This document shows, in pieces, positions 44,877 through 54,796 of a stretch of DNA of 64,000 nucleotides; the first letter of the stretch is position 1, and each line of letters opens with the position of its first letter. The position numbers and the translations under genes are program-made. Source of the stretch: a virus; IMG/VR virus record IMGVR_UViG_3300021389_000014, positions 9,958-73,957 of that record; one strand, given 5' to 3'. The notes beneath the pieces were generated by a model. The model was not told the origin of the DNA. It saw nothing but the letters and a program-made list of their open reading frames with translations, and made no database searches.

Positions 44877-45401
44877 TCAACTAAAAAGATAAGGATGCGA
44901 TTTAATTATTTTTACTAATTGTTCGTTTGTAAAGTCTATTCGTTTTTTATAATCTTCCGGAAGAATGCTCCAATCTCGTAAACTAGGGTGCGTCTGTTCT
45001 TCTAAATTATAATACCCAGAGTATCGCCAGCCTTCATTGATTTTTTTGTCTACCCAACGATTGTGCAAAAATTTAGAAAGAGTCTCACATATCTCTTCCT
45101 TCAATTGCTCGTCAATAATATATTCTGATATTTCTGATTTGTGTGTTTCGTCGTATTTTGTAGATACTATGAAATCACCATCATAATAATGATCCCATGC
45201 AGTTACTATATATTCTGCATCTGTATTACTAATGTCTTTTTTTAAGAATACCTTATACTTGTACACTTTTGATGTTTTTTGTGAAACTATTTTGTGTTGC
45301 GATATTGTTCCATTTGTCAAAAATTTAAGAATAATATTTAACCATTTTTCTTTTTGTTCGTCCGAAAGTGGTTCCGGTGTTTCTAATAAAATATAATTCA
45401 T
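44877..45401 (-). CDS. RyR-repeat domain protein
   Basis: 'L....HNRW..KK..EGW.Y........THP.L..W..LPE..K' matches the ryanodine-receptor repeat pattern. Confidence 0.75.
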   Translation of the reverse strand: MNYILLETPEPLSDEQKEKWLNIILKFLTNGTISQHKIVSQKTSKVYKYKVFLKKDISNTDAEYIVTAWDHYYDGDFIVSTKYDETHKSEISEYIIDEQLKEEICETLSKFLHNRWVDKKINEGWRYSGYYNLEEQTHPSLRDWSILPEDYKKRIDFTNEQLVKIIKSHPYLFS

Positions 45402-45408
45402 AATAATC

Positions 45409-45726
45409 TCACTCAAAATCATCCAATGATGGTACTTCGTCTTCTCCGAAATCTCTGTTTCTATTTATTTCTGGCGGGTCGCTTGGGGCTGCTGCACGTC
45501 CATTAAGATATAATCCAAACCAAGCTGCGCCAGCGCCAACTATCACAGATACAAGTGCAGATTGTTCCATATTGGGATCAGTTAGAGACATAAACCAAGT
45601 AACTACTTCATATAACAAGTATATATACATTGAAATAAAAACACGTGGAAAAATCCTCCATCTATCCAAATATGCGGGAGCGTTCCACCATAGTGTTTTT
45701 CGAAAGTCTATTAGTTTTTTTGCCAT
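45409..45726 (-). CDS. Putative holin (two TM helices)
   Basis: 'D.WRIFPR' plus two hydrophobic helices and an acidic tail; late promoter upstream; ATG 45726 after GGGAG. Confidence 0.55.
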   Translation of the reverse strand: MAKKLIDFRKTLWWNAPAYLDRWRIFPRVFISMYIYLLYEVVTWFMSLTDPNMEQSALVSVIVGAGAAWFGLYLNGRAAAPSDPPEINRNRDFGEDEVPSLDDFE

Positions 45727-45747
45727 CAATATACTCCCATACAAATA

Positions 45748-45755
45748 TATTTATA
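45748..45755 (-). promoter_or_regulatory. T4-type late promoter
   Basis: Exact TATAAATA upstream of the putative holin. Confidence 0.65.
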
Positions 45756-45781
45756 AAAAAAGGGGGCATATGCCCCCTTTT
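45755..45781 (-). terminator. Intrinsic terminator
   Basis: AAAAGGGGGC-ATAT-GCCCCCTTTT, with a longer T-run on the minus strand. Confidence 0.85.
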
Positions 45782-45804
45782 GATTTAGTATTTATTGATT
45801 AACC

Positions 45805-46182
45805 TTATGCCAATTCACTGAATGCCAACGTCAACGCAGCAACAGTTACGTCGGTTTTGTTAGTTGCATCAGAAATTAGTGCATCTATTGCAGCAGCAAC
45901 ATCAGTGTCAGTATTGGCTGATACATACGCGCCAGCAGTTGCACCATCTACCATTACAACGAAACCTTCGTCTTCGCGCTCACCGATGTGAACAACAGAC
46001 ATCTGTGTTTGAATTGCACGAATTGCTTTACCGAAGTTTCCTTCAACAAAAGCAGCTTGTCCGTCTACAGAAGGGGTGTCTGCAGTTCCGATATCACCAG
46101 CAGTGTTAGTGATGCTGAATACTAGTGGGTCATACCCGTAAAAACTTCCAGAAGCGGTTAATCCATTTACCTTATTTACCAT
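45805..46182 (-). CDS. Putative virion (head decoration-like) protein
   Basis: Ala/Thr/Val-rich; has its own late promoter, strong RBS and terminator. Confidence 0.55.
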   Translation of the reverse strand: MVNKVNGLTASGSFYGYDPLVFSITNTAGDIGTADTPSVDGQAAFVEGNFGKAIRAIQTQMSVVHIGEREDEGFVVMVDGATAGAYVSANTDTDVAAAIDALISDATNKTDVTVAALTLAFSELA

Positions 46183-46227
46183 TTTTATTTCTCCTTAATA
46201 TATTGCATCGTCTTTGATGCTTAATTG

Positions 46228-46235
46228 TATTTATA
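46228..46235 (-). promoter_or_regulatory. T4-type late promoter
   Basis: Exact TATAAATA. Confidence 0.7.
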
Positions 46236-46255
46236 AAATTTATTCAAAAAAATGC

Positions 46256-46921
46256 TTATAAGTTAATATATTCTACAAAAATTCTCATACTTCCTGTCGT
46301 AGCGCCATTTATATTAATAGATAGCTGGTCTCCCGTGGAATAAAACTTATCTAGAGAATATATATACATCCCAATTCTATCACCGAGTATTTCACCAGAT
46401 GCGATCAATGTTTCACTACTGTCAGATATAGAAATATTAGTAGTATCATATGCTTCGTCAATATGAATACTTATAGCTTTTAATTGGCTATTATCTGGTA
46501 ACGTATCGCCAATAGTTTCTGTGGATATTCCAAAAGAACTAACATTTGATATGACAATATTTTTTAAGTTATTAGTGTCTTGCCATACGGGCAATCCATT
46601 TAATGACGTAATTACTTGTTGACTATCACCTGTTCCTACAGGCAACACATCTAGCGAACCTGTTTCGTTGGCATATAAAATATCTCCTGGATTGTATTGG
46701 TCTAATCCAGTTCCGCCTTTATCTAGCGGCAGAACTCCTACAATATTATCGCCTGATAAATCAATTGTAAAATAATCTGGAAACGCGATTTCTTGTGCAG
46801 TAAATGCACCAACTGATGCATCCCATCTCAATAAGTAATTATCATCTATTGTTGCAGGATCAATGACAATAAGAGGAATTGTTTGTGTTGTGATCGTAGA
46901 TGTACTTGCATATATTGCCAT
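46256..46921 (-). CDS. Putative structural protein with tail-fibre-like motif
   Basis: 'G.LP...GGTG......GD.LYA....L..L..G...QV.....G.P.W'. Confidence 0.6.
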   Translation of the reverse strand: MAIYASTSTITTQTIPLIVIDPATIDDNYLLRWDASVGAFTAQEIAFPDYFTIDLSGDNIVGVLPLDKGGTGLDQYNPGDILYANETGSLDVLPVGTGDSQQVITSLNGLPVWQDTNNLKNIVISNVSSFGISTETIGDTLPDNSQLKAISIHIDEAYDTTNISISDSSETLIASGEILGDRIGMYIYSLDKFYSTGDQLSININGATTGSMRIFVEYINL

Positions 46922-46932
46922 ATGAACTCCTT

Positions 46933-47340
46933 TTATATATTTAGTATAATTTTATCAATTGTTCCATGAACCGTAGAATTGTATGCGGTTTCTGGAAGAT
47001 AAGAACGGTCAATACGTGCACGAATGTACAAAAGGTTGGCACGAAATGTGAAGCCCTCAGTAACGGTGTCTCCATCATTTGTCCCAGTAGGCGATACTGA
47101 ATTTATTGGGTATTCACGATAAGGAGTCCCGCTGGTTAAATATATTGGAAACCAATCATCTTCTGTTGGATTGAGCGCAATTGTGCCTTCAACATAAAAC
47201 CTGCCAACAAAGTTATTAACAGATATACTTACCGTATGCAAATTTTGGGTCATTCCAGAAAATATGTCAGTTCTTGTTGCATCTCCAGTAAATGATAGTT
47301 CTGTTTGGTTTGTCAATATAGTATAACTAGTTTTACTCAT
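46933..47340 (-). CDS. Putative structural protein
   Basis: 'HTV......F.G....EGT....P...DWF', 'F..N..Y.RA'. Confidence 0.55.
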   Translation of the reverse strand: MSKTSYTILTNQTELSFTGDATRTDIFSGMTQNLHTVSISVNNFVGRFYVEGTIALNPTEDDWFPIYLTSGTPYREYPINSVSPTGTNDGDTVTEGFTFRANLLYIRARIDRSYLPETAYNSTVHGTIDKIILNI

Positions 47341-47360
47341 TTTTCGTTCCTCTATATGAA

Positions 47361-47385
47361 TAATGCCCGAAATTCGGGCATTATC
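47361..47385. terminator. Hairpin downstream of clpA
   Basis: TAATGCCCGAA-A-TTCGGGCATTA inverted repeat. Confidence 0.6.
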
Positions 47386-47390
47386 GTTTC

Positions 47391-49619
47391 TTACTCTATA
47401 TTTATCTTATTTTCTTTTAATTTTATTTTTATATCTTTGTTGTTTTTAGAAAATAGTATTTTTCTGGCCAATTCTTTTTTAATGTTATCATTGATAACTC
47501 GTGCCATAGGTCGCGCACCCATTAGAGGATCAAATCCTTTTTCGGAAATCCATTCTACTACATCATTATCCCACGTGAGATTTATAGATTGTTCATCTGT
47601 GAGAGATTTGAGTTCGTTTAGGAATTTCTCTGAAATATGATTAACATTTTCGCGTCTTAGTTTGTCAAACTTAACTACTGAATCAAGGCGATTTCTAAAT
47701 TCTGGTGAGAAGAATTTTGTCACAGCTTCATCTTGTGCGTCGTCGTGCTTGTCGCCACCGAATCCAATAACATTTCTTTCACTATCCGCCGCGCCCAAGT
47801 TGCTTGTCATGATAATGATTGCGTTTCTTGCGCTTGCAGATTTGCCATTTCCGCCAGTCACTATTCCATCGTCCATCAATTGTAGAAGAATGTTCAATAC
47901 ATCAGGATGTGCTTTTTCTACTTCATCAAGCAATAAAATGCAATTTGGATATTGCTCTAATTTATTAATCAGTGCACCACTGCCTTGGCCACCATCACCA
48001 TAACCAACATATCCAGGAGGCGATCCGATGAATTTCGCAACAGTATGCTTTTCTTGAAATTCGCTCATATCAAATTTTACTAATTCAAGATTCATAGATT
48101 TAGAAAGAACTTTACAAACCTCGGTCTTACCAACACCAGTTGGGCCAGTAAACAGATAACATCCTACTGGTTTGTTTTGTGGCTTTAGTCCTGCTTGGCT
48201 GATATAAAGAGAATCGGATAGCCAAGAAATTGCAGCGTCTTGACCAAATATGCTTTTCTTTAATACAGAATCGATGTCAACTGTCTTTTTGCTCTTTTCT
48301 GATGCAGACGTAATACTATCAAGGGGAATTCTGCATATTTTAGATATTTCGATCTTAATATCCTTCTCAGTGATTTTCTTTGTTTTTGTGTTTGTAAAAA
48401 TCTTTTTACGTGCTGCGCTGCTGTCAATTATCTCAAAAGTCTTGTCTGGAAGTTTCTTATCAAGCATATACTTGACACTAAGATCAACTGCAAGATCAAT
48501 TGCTTTTTTATCGAATTTTACTCCATGAAACTTTTCATAAGCTCCGATGCTCTGATTTAGAATTTTCTTTGTTTGTTCTGGTGTTGGTTCTTCTACGTCA
48601 ATTTTATTGAAGCGACGAACTAATGCAGAATCTTTCTCAAATTTTTCACGATACTCATTATACGTCGTGGAACCTATACAACGGATTTTGCCATGTTGCA
48701 AGGATGGTTTAAGAAGATTGGCAACATCTAGGCCCCCGCTGGTTCCAGTTCCTGCGCCCATGATTGTATGAATTTCATCAATAAAAAGAATGATATTGTC
48801 AGATTTTTCTATCTCACTTAGAATGTTTTTAATTCTCTCTTCTATATCCCCGCGATACTTTGTTCCTGCCATAAGCAATCCCATATCGAGGCTATAGATA
48901 ACATAATCATATATCTCTTCCGGAACTTCGCCATTTACAATTTTGTGTGCAAGTCCCTCAACGATTGCTGTTTTACCAACTCCGCTTTCACCTACTAGAA
49001 TTGCATTATTTTTCTTTTTTCTGGATAGCGTTTGAATTAGCTGTTCTATTTGATATTCTCTACCAATAAGCGGATCAACTTTATCACTAAACGCCAACTC
49101 GTTTAAATTTACACAATATGAATTTAACGAGCTTTTGTTCCTTCGGGAACTAGTTGTCATTTCGTCCCTTGTGCCTTCGTTGTATGGTAGTTCAGATTCA
49201 CTAATCATGTTGTGAATTAGTGTTTCTCTTTCCATGCCAAACTTTTTAAAAATATAAAAAGATGGAGTTTCGCTTTCATGTAGAATAGAAAGAAGGAGAT
49301 CGACCGTATCTATTGTGCGTTTTCCTGAAAAAATTGCTTGTGCCAACGCACGATTAAAGACACGTTCTATAGAAATTGTCTTTTTTGGTTTTTGCGTTTG
49401 ATCTGTGATAAAATCTGATAATTCTTGTTTGATGTAATCATCTATTTCTAATTTAATGTTATCGCAGTCGCAATTTAGAGAATCGCATATTTGTTTAATA
49501 TGTATATCTTCTAGCAAAGAAGAGGTCAAATGTTCAACAGTAACATACGAATGGTTGTATTTTTCTGCCAATTCGTATGCATTCTCTATAATATTTTCAA
49601 TTGGTGTATTTGTTGTCAT
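47391..49619 (-). CDS. clpA: ClpA-like ATP-dependent Clp protease ATPase subunit
   Basis: Clp N-domain (H.Y.T.EHL), DPLIGR, two Walker A motifs ([16 protein letters not shown]), FIDEIH, DMSE..E.H.V, IGF loop; no ClpB middle domain. Confidence 0.93.
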   Translation of the reverse strand: MTTNTPIENIIENAYELAEKYNHSYVTVEHLTSSLLEDIHIKQICDSLNCDCDNIKLEIDDYIKQELSDFITDQTQKPKKTISIERVFNRALAQAIFSGKRTIDTVDLLLSILHESETPSFYIFKKFGMERETLIHNMISESELPYNEGTRDEMTTSSRRNKSSLNSYCVNLNELAFSDKVDPLIGREYQIEQLIQTLSRKKKNNAILVGESGVGKTAIVEGLAHKIVNGEVPEEIYDYVIYSLDMGLLMAGTKYRGDIEERIKNILSEIEKSDNIILFIDEIHTIMGAGTGTSGGLDVANLLKPSLQHGKIRCIGSTTYNEYREKFEKDSALVRRFNKIDVEEPTPEQTKKILNQSIGAYEKFHGVKFDKKAIDLAVDLSVKYMLDKKLPDKTFEIIDSSAARKKIFTNTKTKKITEKDIKIEISKICRIPLDSITSASEKSKKTVDIDSVLKKSIFGQDAAISWLSDSLYISQAGLKPQNKPVGCYLFTGPTGVGKTEVCKVLSKSMNLELVKFDMSEFQEKHTVAKFIGSPPGYVGYGDGGQGSGALINKLEQYPNCILLLDEVEKAHPDVLNILLQLMDDGIVTGGNGKSASARNAIIIMTSNLGAADSERNVIGFGGDKHDDAQDEAVTKFFSPEFRNRLDSVVKFDKLRRENVNHISEKFLNELKSLTDEQSINLTWDNDVVEWISEKGFDPLMGARPMARVINDNIKKELARKILFSKNNKDIKIKLKENKINIE

Positions 49620-49648
49620 TTTTTACCTTTATTTTGTTATATGTCTGT

Positions 49649-49677
49649 ATATTACAGCATTTTTTCGCCGTTGTCAA
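49649..49677 (-). promoter_or_regulatory. Sigma70-type promoter for clpA
   Basis: TTGACA-N17-TAATAT on the minus strand. Confidence 0.75.
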
Positions 49678-49685
49678 ACAGAAAG

Positions 49686-50069
49686 TTACTCATTAGGTGA
49701 AGTTTCTTCGTAATAGTTTTCATAAGCAACAATTACTGCTCGTTGTTCGCGTATCAATCTTAAAAATTCCGCTTGGTTCAGGCCAAGATTTTCGTAATTT
49801 TCTGTAGTTAATGCAAATAGAACTGGATTTTTTCCTTGTTCTCTAAGATTTTGAAACGTTTCTTCTACATTGTCATCGGTGACGACGATCCATTTTGCGG
49901 ACAAGGTAGTGATTTGTGTGGTCTGCGGTAATACTAACTCTGGTCGCTGTCTGTGCGTTTGGACTACCTCCACTGGTTTCTGTGGTGGCGAAACGCATCC
50001 ACTAGTTATCGTAATTAGGGTTAGCAATGTCGCTACAGTAATTGTTGATTTCGCTAGGTCTAGTTGCAT
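49686..50069 (-). CDS. Putative o-spanin (Rz1-like lipoprotein)
   Basis: Signal peptide with lipobox ITSG-C and a Pro-rich linker; overlaps the 3' end of the upstream coiled-coil gene. Confidence 0.7.
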   Translation of the reverse strand: MQLDLAKSTITVATLLTLITITSGCVSPPQKPVEVVQTHRQRPELVLPQTTQITTLSAKWIVVTDDNVEETFQNLREQGKNPVLFALTTENYENLGLNQAEFLRLIREQRAVIVAYENYYEETSPNE

Positions 50070-50457
50070 TTATTTCCTCTGTGGTTAATGGGCTTCCGCT
50101 CATAATTTCAAAGCATCTATTTAAATCTTGTGTAGCAGAGTTTACACGTGTTTCTATCATTTGCGGTCTTTCAACAGCAAGTTCTCCCAAATCATGTTCT
50201 CTTAGTAATCTTCTTAACTCGGTAACTACCAAATTTGCTCTTTGAAATTCATCTGAAACATTTTCGCTTTCTGTGGCGATCTGTCTTACATCTTCTAAAA
50301 TGCGGTCTAACTCCTGACGGTTTTGATTGGCTGCATTTTTTAACTGTGTGTTTTCGGAGGCTAGTGTGGTTATGGTATTCATTGTGGAATTGTACATATA
50401 ATATCCTGTTCCAACAAGAGAGCCAACAACCGATATTATTAATACATATTTCCACAT
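50002..50457 (-). CDS. Putative i-spanin (Rz-like)
   Basis: N-terminal TM helix, long coiled coil, C-terminal cysteines. Confidence 0.7.
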   Translation of the reverse strand: MWKYVLIISVVGSLVGTGYYMYNSTMNTITTLASENTQLKNAANQNRQELDRILEDVRQIATESENVSDEFQRANLVVTELRRLLREHDLGELAVERPQMIETRVNSATQDLNRCFEIMSGSPLTTEEINATRPSEINNYCSDIANPNYDN

Positions 50458-50462
50458 TTTAC

Positions 50463-50681
50463 TTATCCATGTCTATATATAATTCTTCCTTTTGAAAGAT
50501 CATATGGCGTCATTTCAACATCCACCTTATCTCCCATAAGTATATTTATATTAAATTTTCTTATTTTTCCACTAATTATTCCTATGACAGTATGTCCGTT
50601 ATCTAGTTTTACTTTAAATGTAGCGTTTGGAAGGCATTCTATTATTTTGCCAATAAAAGTTATTGTATCTTGTTTTCCCAT
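50463..50681 (-). CDS. infA: Translation initiation factor IF-1
   Basis: 72 aa; 'G.I.E.LPNA.F.V.L.NGH.....ISGKIR...[19 protein letters not shown]'. Confidence 0.97.
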   Translation of the reverse strand: MGKQDTITFIGKIIECLPNATFKVKLDNGHTVIGIISGKIRKFNINILMGDKVDVEMTPYDLSKGRIIYRHG

Positions 50682-50682
50682 G

Positions 50683-51177
50683 TTAATAATTTATTAAAAA
50701 ATCCATTCTTTCTTTTATAGATGCTTTTTCATCTTTTTTTCTATACTTTTCGTCGTATTCTTCTGCTGTCGAAATTATATATTTTTCTAAATTTGATTCA
50801 TTTAGTGCTATTTCTTCGTCTAATTGGTATGTAACAAATTTCCAATCATTTGTTTTATACTCAGTTATATTATTTATATCATCTAACAATGATATTATCT
50901 TATTATATACATTTGGCGTTCTTGCAAATTCTACAAATACTTTGTATGAACCATCTTGATTTGGAACAGACGAAGACTCTACGTCTAGATGTTCTATTGC
51001 ACTTGTGCTTATAAAATTAGAAAGATCGTCGGCAGGCTTGTCGTATTTTGTAGTCAATGCAACAACAACCGTATCTGCATCTGTTCCGATTTTTGGTTTA
51101 TACTGATCTATGCTTACTGTGGTATCTATGATACCATCAAGATTTCCATTAGATAAACCTTCAGATATTGTTTTCAT
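50683..51177 (-). CDS. Conserved-type phage hypothetical protein
   Basis: 'EGL...L......SID.Y..K.G.D....V......PA.DL..F......D.E.S......G.Y.VFVE..R'. Confidence 0.65.
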   Translation of the reverse strand: MKTISEGLSNGNLDGIIDTTVSIDQYKPKIGTDADTVVVALTTKYDKPADDLSNFISTSAIEHLDVESSSVPNQDGSYKVFVEFARTPNVYNKIISLLDDINNITEYKTNDWKFVTYQLDEEIALNESNLEKYIISTAEEYDEKYRKKDEKASIKERMDFLINY

Positions 51178-51694
51178 TTTTTTCTCCTGAAATTTGTTTT
51201 ACCGTGTCAAGATCGTTGTCTGAAGCGTCATTTATAGAACTCATATCTAAGTCAACGCCGTTTATTTCTAATTTTTCCGTGCTATAATCATCTATAAGAT
51301 GTCTCGGAATTAAAATTTCAACAAACCAAACATCTGAATTCTCTTTTTTTGGTTTTCGTTTTCCAGTTCTTGCTTCCATTTCCATATCTTCTGGTGATTC
51401 AACATTGACGCTCATTTTGTATGTTTTTTTAGCATACTTTACTACGCCACCATGTTCCACTATTCGCTTTGCAGCACTAGGATCAGGCATCATGCTATAC
51501 GGATACATCAGCGTTACTTTAACCCAGTATCGGTTTACTTCTGGGCCTTTAACGACTTCGCCTTCTATCCAATTTTTATAGGCATATATGTGCATGTTGT
51601 CTAGTATTTTTTCAAATTCTAGCAAAATATCCAATGAGCTATTTCCATCATATATACTTTTTATATTGTCTATTATCTCTTTATAATCAATCAT
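51161..51694 (-). CDS. Conserved-type phage hypothetical protein
   Basis: 'L.EFE..LD....YAY.NW..GE.V.GP...RYWV...MPDP'; late promoter motif upstream (CATAAATA, 51719-51726). Confidence 0.65.
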   Translation of the reverse strand: MIDYKEIIDNIKSIYDGNSSLDILLEFEKILDNMHIYAYKNWIEGEVVKGPEVNRYWVKVTLMYPYSMMPDPSAAKRIVEHGGVVKYAKKTYKMSVNVESPEDMEMEARTGKRKPKKENSDVWFVEILIPRHLIDDYSTEKLEINGVDLDMSSINDASDNDLDTVKQISGEKNENNI

Positions 51695-51823
51695 TTTGTA
51701 GTCCTTGACTTATACTACTATTTATGTTTTCGCAATTATTTTGCTATAAACTGACTGTTTTTTATGTTATACAATAAATACCATTACAACTTGGAATCAG
51801 CCTCTCAAAAAGGAGATCACATT

Positions 51824-52570
51824 GTGACAAAGCATAGAGCTAGAAAAACCAAAAATTCTAAACCCCAAGATATGGGACAGAATGCTCATCAAGTTGTAGA
51901 CTTTCAGAAATACAAAAATCGTAAAAAAAATGTTGTAATCTTGCCAAAAAATTTGGCACAGGAGGATTATATTGCATTGATTGACGATAATAGAACCGAT
52001 GTAATTTTTGCTATTGGTCCTGCGGGAACTGGCAAAACTATGATCGCTGTATTGGCTGCAATTAGAGCATTAAAAAATGGCGAGTGTGAAAAAATCGTCA
52101 TTACCAGACCAGCCGTAAGTGTTGATGAACAACACGGATTTTTGCCAGGAAATCTTGTTGATAAAATGGCACCATGGACAAGACCAATTTTTGATGTAAT
52201 AGAAGAATATTATTCACCAACAGAAATAGAAACAATGATAAAAGAAAATATCATTGAGGTAGCTCCGTTAGCATACATGCGTGGTAGAACATTCAAAAAT
52301 GCTTATATCTTATTTGATGAAGCACAAAATTCTACGCCCAATCAGATGAAAATGATACTCACGCGTTTGGGAGAAAATAGTAGAATAATAACTACCGGAG
52401 ATTTAAATCAGCACGATAGAACATTTGAAGAAAATGGTCTAAAGGACTTTTTAGAACTATTGAAAAGTTCTTCTACTGGAAGAATTCAGTTTGTTGAATT
52501 CTCCCGTGAAGACGTAGAAAGACATCCAACAGTTCGCGAAGTCTTGTGCATATATGGCGACGAAAGATAA
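51824..52570 (+). CDS. phoH: PhoH-like ATPase
   Basis: GPAGTGKT, TRPAV, GFLPG, PLAYMRGRTF, DEAQN, LTRLG, GD..Q.D, RH. GTG 51824 after AGGAG. Confidence 0.95.
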   Translation: MTKHRARKTKNSKPQDMGQNAHQVVDFQKYKNRKKNVVILPKNLAQEDYIALIDDNRTDVIFAIGPAGTGKTMIAVLAAIRALKNGECEKIVITRPAVSVDEQHGFLPGNLVDKMAPWTRPIFDVIEEYYSPTEIETMIKENIIEVAPLAYMRGRTFKNAYILFDEAQNSTPNQMKMILTRLGENSRIITTGDLNQHDRTFEENGLKDFLELLKSSSTGRIQFVEFSREDVERHPTVREVLCIYGDER

Positions 52571-52606
52571 TCTAAATTAAACTACTTGCTGATTCCAAGT
52601 TGTAAT

Positions 52607-53179
52607 TTACTTTATGATTTCGCAAATATGATTCCAGTTCTGAACACGAGTTATGCGGTCATCTTCAAAATACTGGTTATGAGGATGGTTTATCAGGATA
52701 GATTTTAATCCAAAATCTGCCCCCATTACTGCGTTCTTTGGCAAATCCTCAATCCAATACAATCCGCTATCTTTATACGACTCAAGATGTTTTCTTTTGT
52801 GTTCACTGGTTTCCACACAATGGATGTCTACAAATGTATTTTTACCAAAAAGATTTTCTAAGTTTATTTTTCTCAGCATTTCGGTATGATAATTGCTTCC
52901 GACACTAGTGATTCCAAGAAATTTATATCCACGCTCTTTTAAGATAGCTACACCACTTAGCGCATCTCTAAAAGCTGGCAAATCGATAAGATATGCGCTG
53001 GTATTAAATTCTTGAACACACTTTTCGGCTCTATCCTGTGCAATATCATAGCAATCATGCATTTCATATATGTCAGATTTTACAATATTATAACCACGGT
53101 CGTTCATCCACTTATGGAATTGCGATTCCCAGTCTAGGATCACGCCATCGCAATCTGTTAGTATTAGTTTTTCCATCAC
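52607..53179 (-). CDS. HAD-superfamily hydrolase (T4 gp30.2-like)
   Basis: Motif I 'LTDCDGV..DW', ITS, 'WIED...N...G...G'. Confidence 0.75.
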   Translation of the reverse strand: MMEKLILTDCDGVILDWESQFHKWMNDRGYNIVKSDIYEMHDCYDIAQDRAEKCVQEFNTSAYLIDLPAFRDALSGVAILKERGYKFLGITSVGSNYHTEMLRKINLENLFGKNTFVDIHCVETSEHKRKHLESYKDSGLYWIEDLPKNAVMGADFGLKSILINHPHNQYFEDDRITRVQNWNHICEIIK

Positions 53180-53898
53180 ATTAAAGACTTTCCAATTTTA
53201 TTTCCAATTTTGTATGATACATATGCGGTTCCTGCGGTTATAGCAGCACCTTTCAAAAAACCGCCACCACGACGATTTTTTCTTTCTTCTTTTTTAAGCT
53301 CTTTAATAAGCTTTGCTTCTTCTTTGGACCATGCAGCAGCTTCTTGTTCTGCTATGATCCGAGCACGTTCCATCTCTTGGAATTCGCGAGTATACCTACT
53401 AGGATTGACCACAGGGACATCATCAGGAATGATGAGACCAGTTTCATCATATTTGCGACCGTCTTCGCCGTATGTATAATACACGCCGTATGTTTCGTCG
53501 TATCCATCGTAACCGCCGTATTCGTCTTCATAGACGTATTCGTTTTCTTCGGAATTTTCTCTTTCATCCATAATCTGAAACAACTCTTCTAAAAACTCAC
53601 TCGGAGATTGTGTATCGGGCGTTGTTTCTTCTTTTAGTGCATTATATGCGTTTACTTCAATAAGAAGGCATTGTAGGCTCTCAGGATATTCATAAGATGT
53701 TCCCAAATCTTGATTAATCCCATCAATGGTTGATTTCCATTGATGGGCAATCTTTTCTTTGTATTCAGAAGGAGATTCCGATATACCATCAATGGCTAAT
53801 ATAAGGTCAATTCTATCGTCGGGAAGATCAAAAAAACTAGTTTTTTCTTTAAAGTCTTTATTAATCTTTTCAATCATCTGTGTTACTTTGTTTGTCAT
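53176..53898 (-). CDS. Hypothetical protein with acidic Tyr-rich linker and C-terminal membrane helix
   Basis: AAGGAG RBS, own promoter, C-terminal GGFLKGAAITAGTAYVSYKIG. Confidence 0.65.
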   Translation of the reverse strand: MTNKVTQMIEKINKDFKEKTSFFDLPDDRIDLILAIDGISESPSEYKEKIAHQWKSTIDGINQDLGTSYEYPESLQCLLIEVNAYNALKEETTPDTQSPSEFLEELFQIMDERENSEENEYVYEDEYGGYDGYDETYGVYYTYGEDGRKYDETGLIIPDDVPVVNPSRYTREFQEMERARIIAEQEAAAWSKEEAKLIKELKKEERKNRRGGGFLKGAAITAGTAYVSYKIGNKIGKSLM

Positions 53899-53919
53899 AC
53901 CTGATTCTCCTTTATATAA

Positions 53920-53948
53920 ACAATACTATGCTTCTTCTAGAATGTCAA
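53920..53948 (-). promoter_or_regulatory. Sigma70-type promoter
   Basis: TTGACA-N17-TATTGT on the minus strand. Confidence 0.65.
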
Positions 53949-54093
53949 CCTCTGTGTAGTAGCTTTCTAGCGCATTTAGAAACCGATTTATCTCGGATAT
54001 TGACATATCTCGGACTGGTTCTGGTAGAACAAAATTAAGATAATCTAGTGTTTCTGCATCAATCTGGTTAATATTTGTATAAGTATATGGCAT
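53926..54093 (-). CDS. Small hypothetical protein (55 aa, not in ORF track)
   Basis: MPYTYTNINQIDAETLDYLNFVLPEPVRDMSISEINRFLNALESYYTEVDILEEA; AGGA RBS; starts 10 nt after the pcyX stop. Confidence 0.55.
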   Translation of the reverse strand: MPYTYTNINQIDAETLDYLNFVLPEPVRDMSISEINRFLNALESYYTEVDILEEA

Positions 54094-54103
54094 ATTTTTC
54101 CTA

Positions 54104-54796
54104 TTATTTTGTTTCTAATTCTGGGAACAAGCAAATTTCAACGAACTCTTTTACATCATTTTCATCTAAACCCAGTGCTGTCATGGTTTTTGGAGTATGT
54201 GGATTTTGTTTTTGAAAATGGGCATAGTTGTTTTGCGACGATGCGCCTATTTTATCGCTAGACCTACCTAGTGTATTTCCTATTTCTTCAAGATAGTAAT
54301 CTACATTATCTTTGACCATTTCTAATACTTGGGCCGCTTCTTCTAGCGAATTAATGTTTCCGGCTGCGACCATATGTTTACTGAAAATGGCCTTAGCCCA
54401 TTCTGGCAATTCTCGTTCACGCTTCCAATCTAAATTAGAAACATAGTCGCCAAAAATTTTAATCATTTCATGGTCGACATTGGTGGTAGGAGAAAAATCA
54501 AAAAATGCGCCAGTCATTTTATTTTTCCCTGCAATAACATCAAATCCAAAAATAGGACCATCGCTTGATACATGAGGGAATACGCAACAGTGCATCATCC
54601 ACAATCCCTTTGTATCACGGGCATCTATTATGTCAATATGCGCCCTGCGATAGTCGTTACTTGTCCAAACGCGATTGACCCACCCATCATGGTTAAATTT
54701 TTCCATGCCGGTTTCTTGTATTTCGGTTCCAGTTTTTTCAAAACTGTTTATAAGATAATTTTGCATATCTATTAAACTATTCCATATATTACTCAT
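54104..54796 (-). CDS. pcyX: Ferredoxin-dependent bilin reductase, PcyX type
   Basis: FDBR motifs 'R..H', 'MH...FP....PIFG.D......K......D.SP', 'R.LP.W...IFS', 'Q..Y...Q..N..T'. Asp55, Met67, His69, Cys71, Asp86 and His200 match the residue set I recall for phage PcyX. Adjacent to a heme oxygenase. Confidence 0.88.
   Translation of the reverse strand: MSNIWNSLIDMQNYLINSFEKTGTEIQETGMEKFNHDGWVNRVWTSNDYRRAHIDIIDARDTKGLWMMHCCVFPHVSSDGPIFGFDVIAGKNKMTGAFFDFSPTTNVDHEMIKIFGDYVSNLDWKRERELPEWAKAIFSKHMVAAGNINSLEEAAQVLEMVKDNVDYYLEEIGNTLGRSSDKIGASSQNNYAHFQKQNPHTPKTMTALGLDENDVKEFVEICLFPELETK

Noticed and set aside
46205-46220. Small hairpin (GCATCA-AAGA-CGATGC on the minus strand) upstream of the 45805-46182 gene
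   Set aside because: Too short to distinguish from chance, and it does not overlap the RBS.
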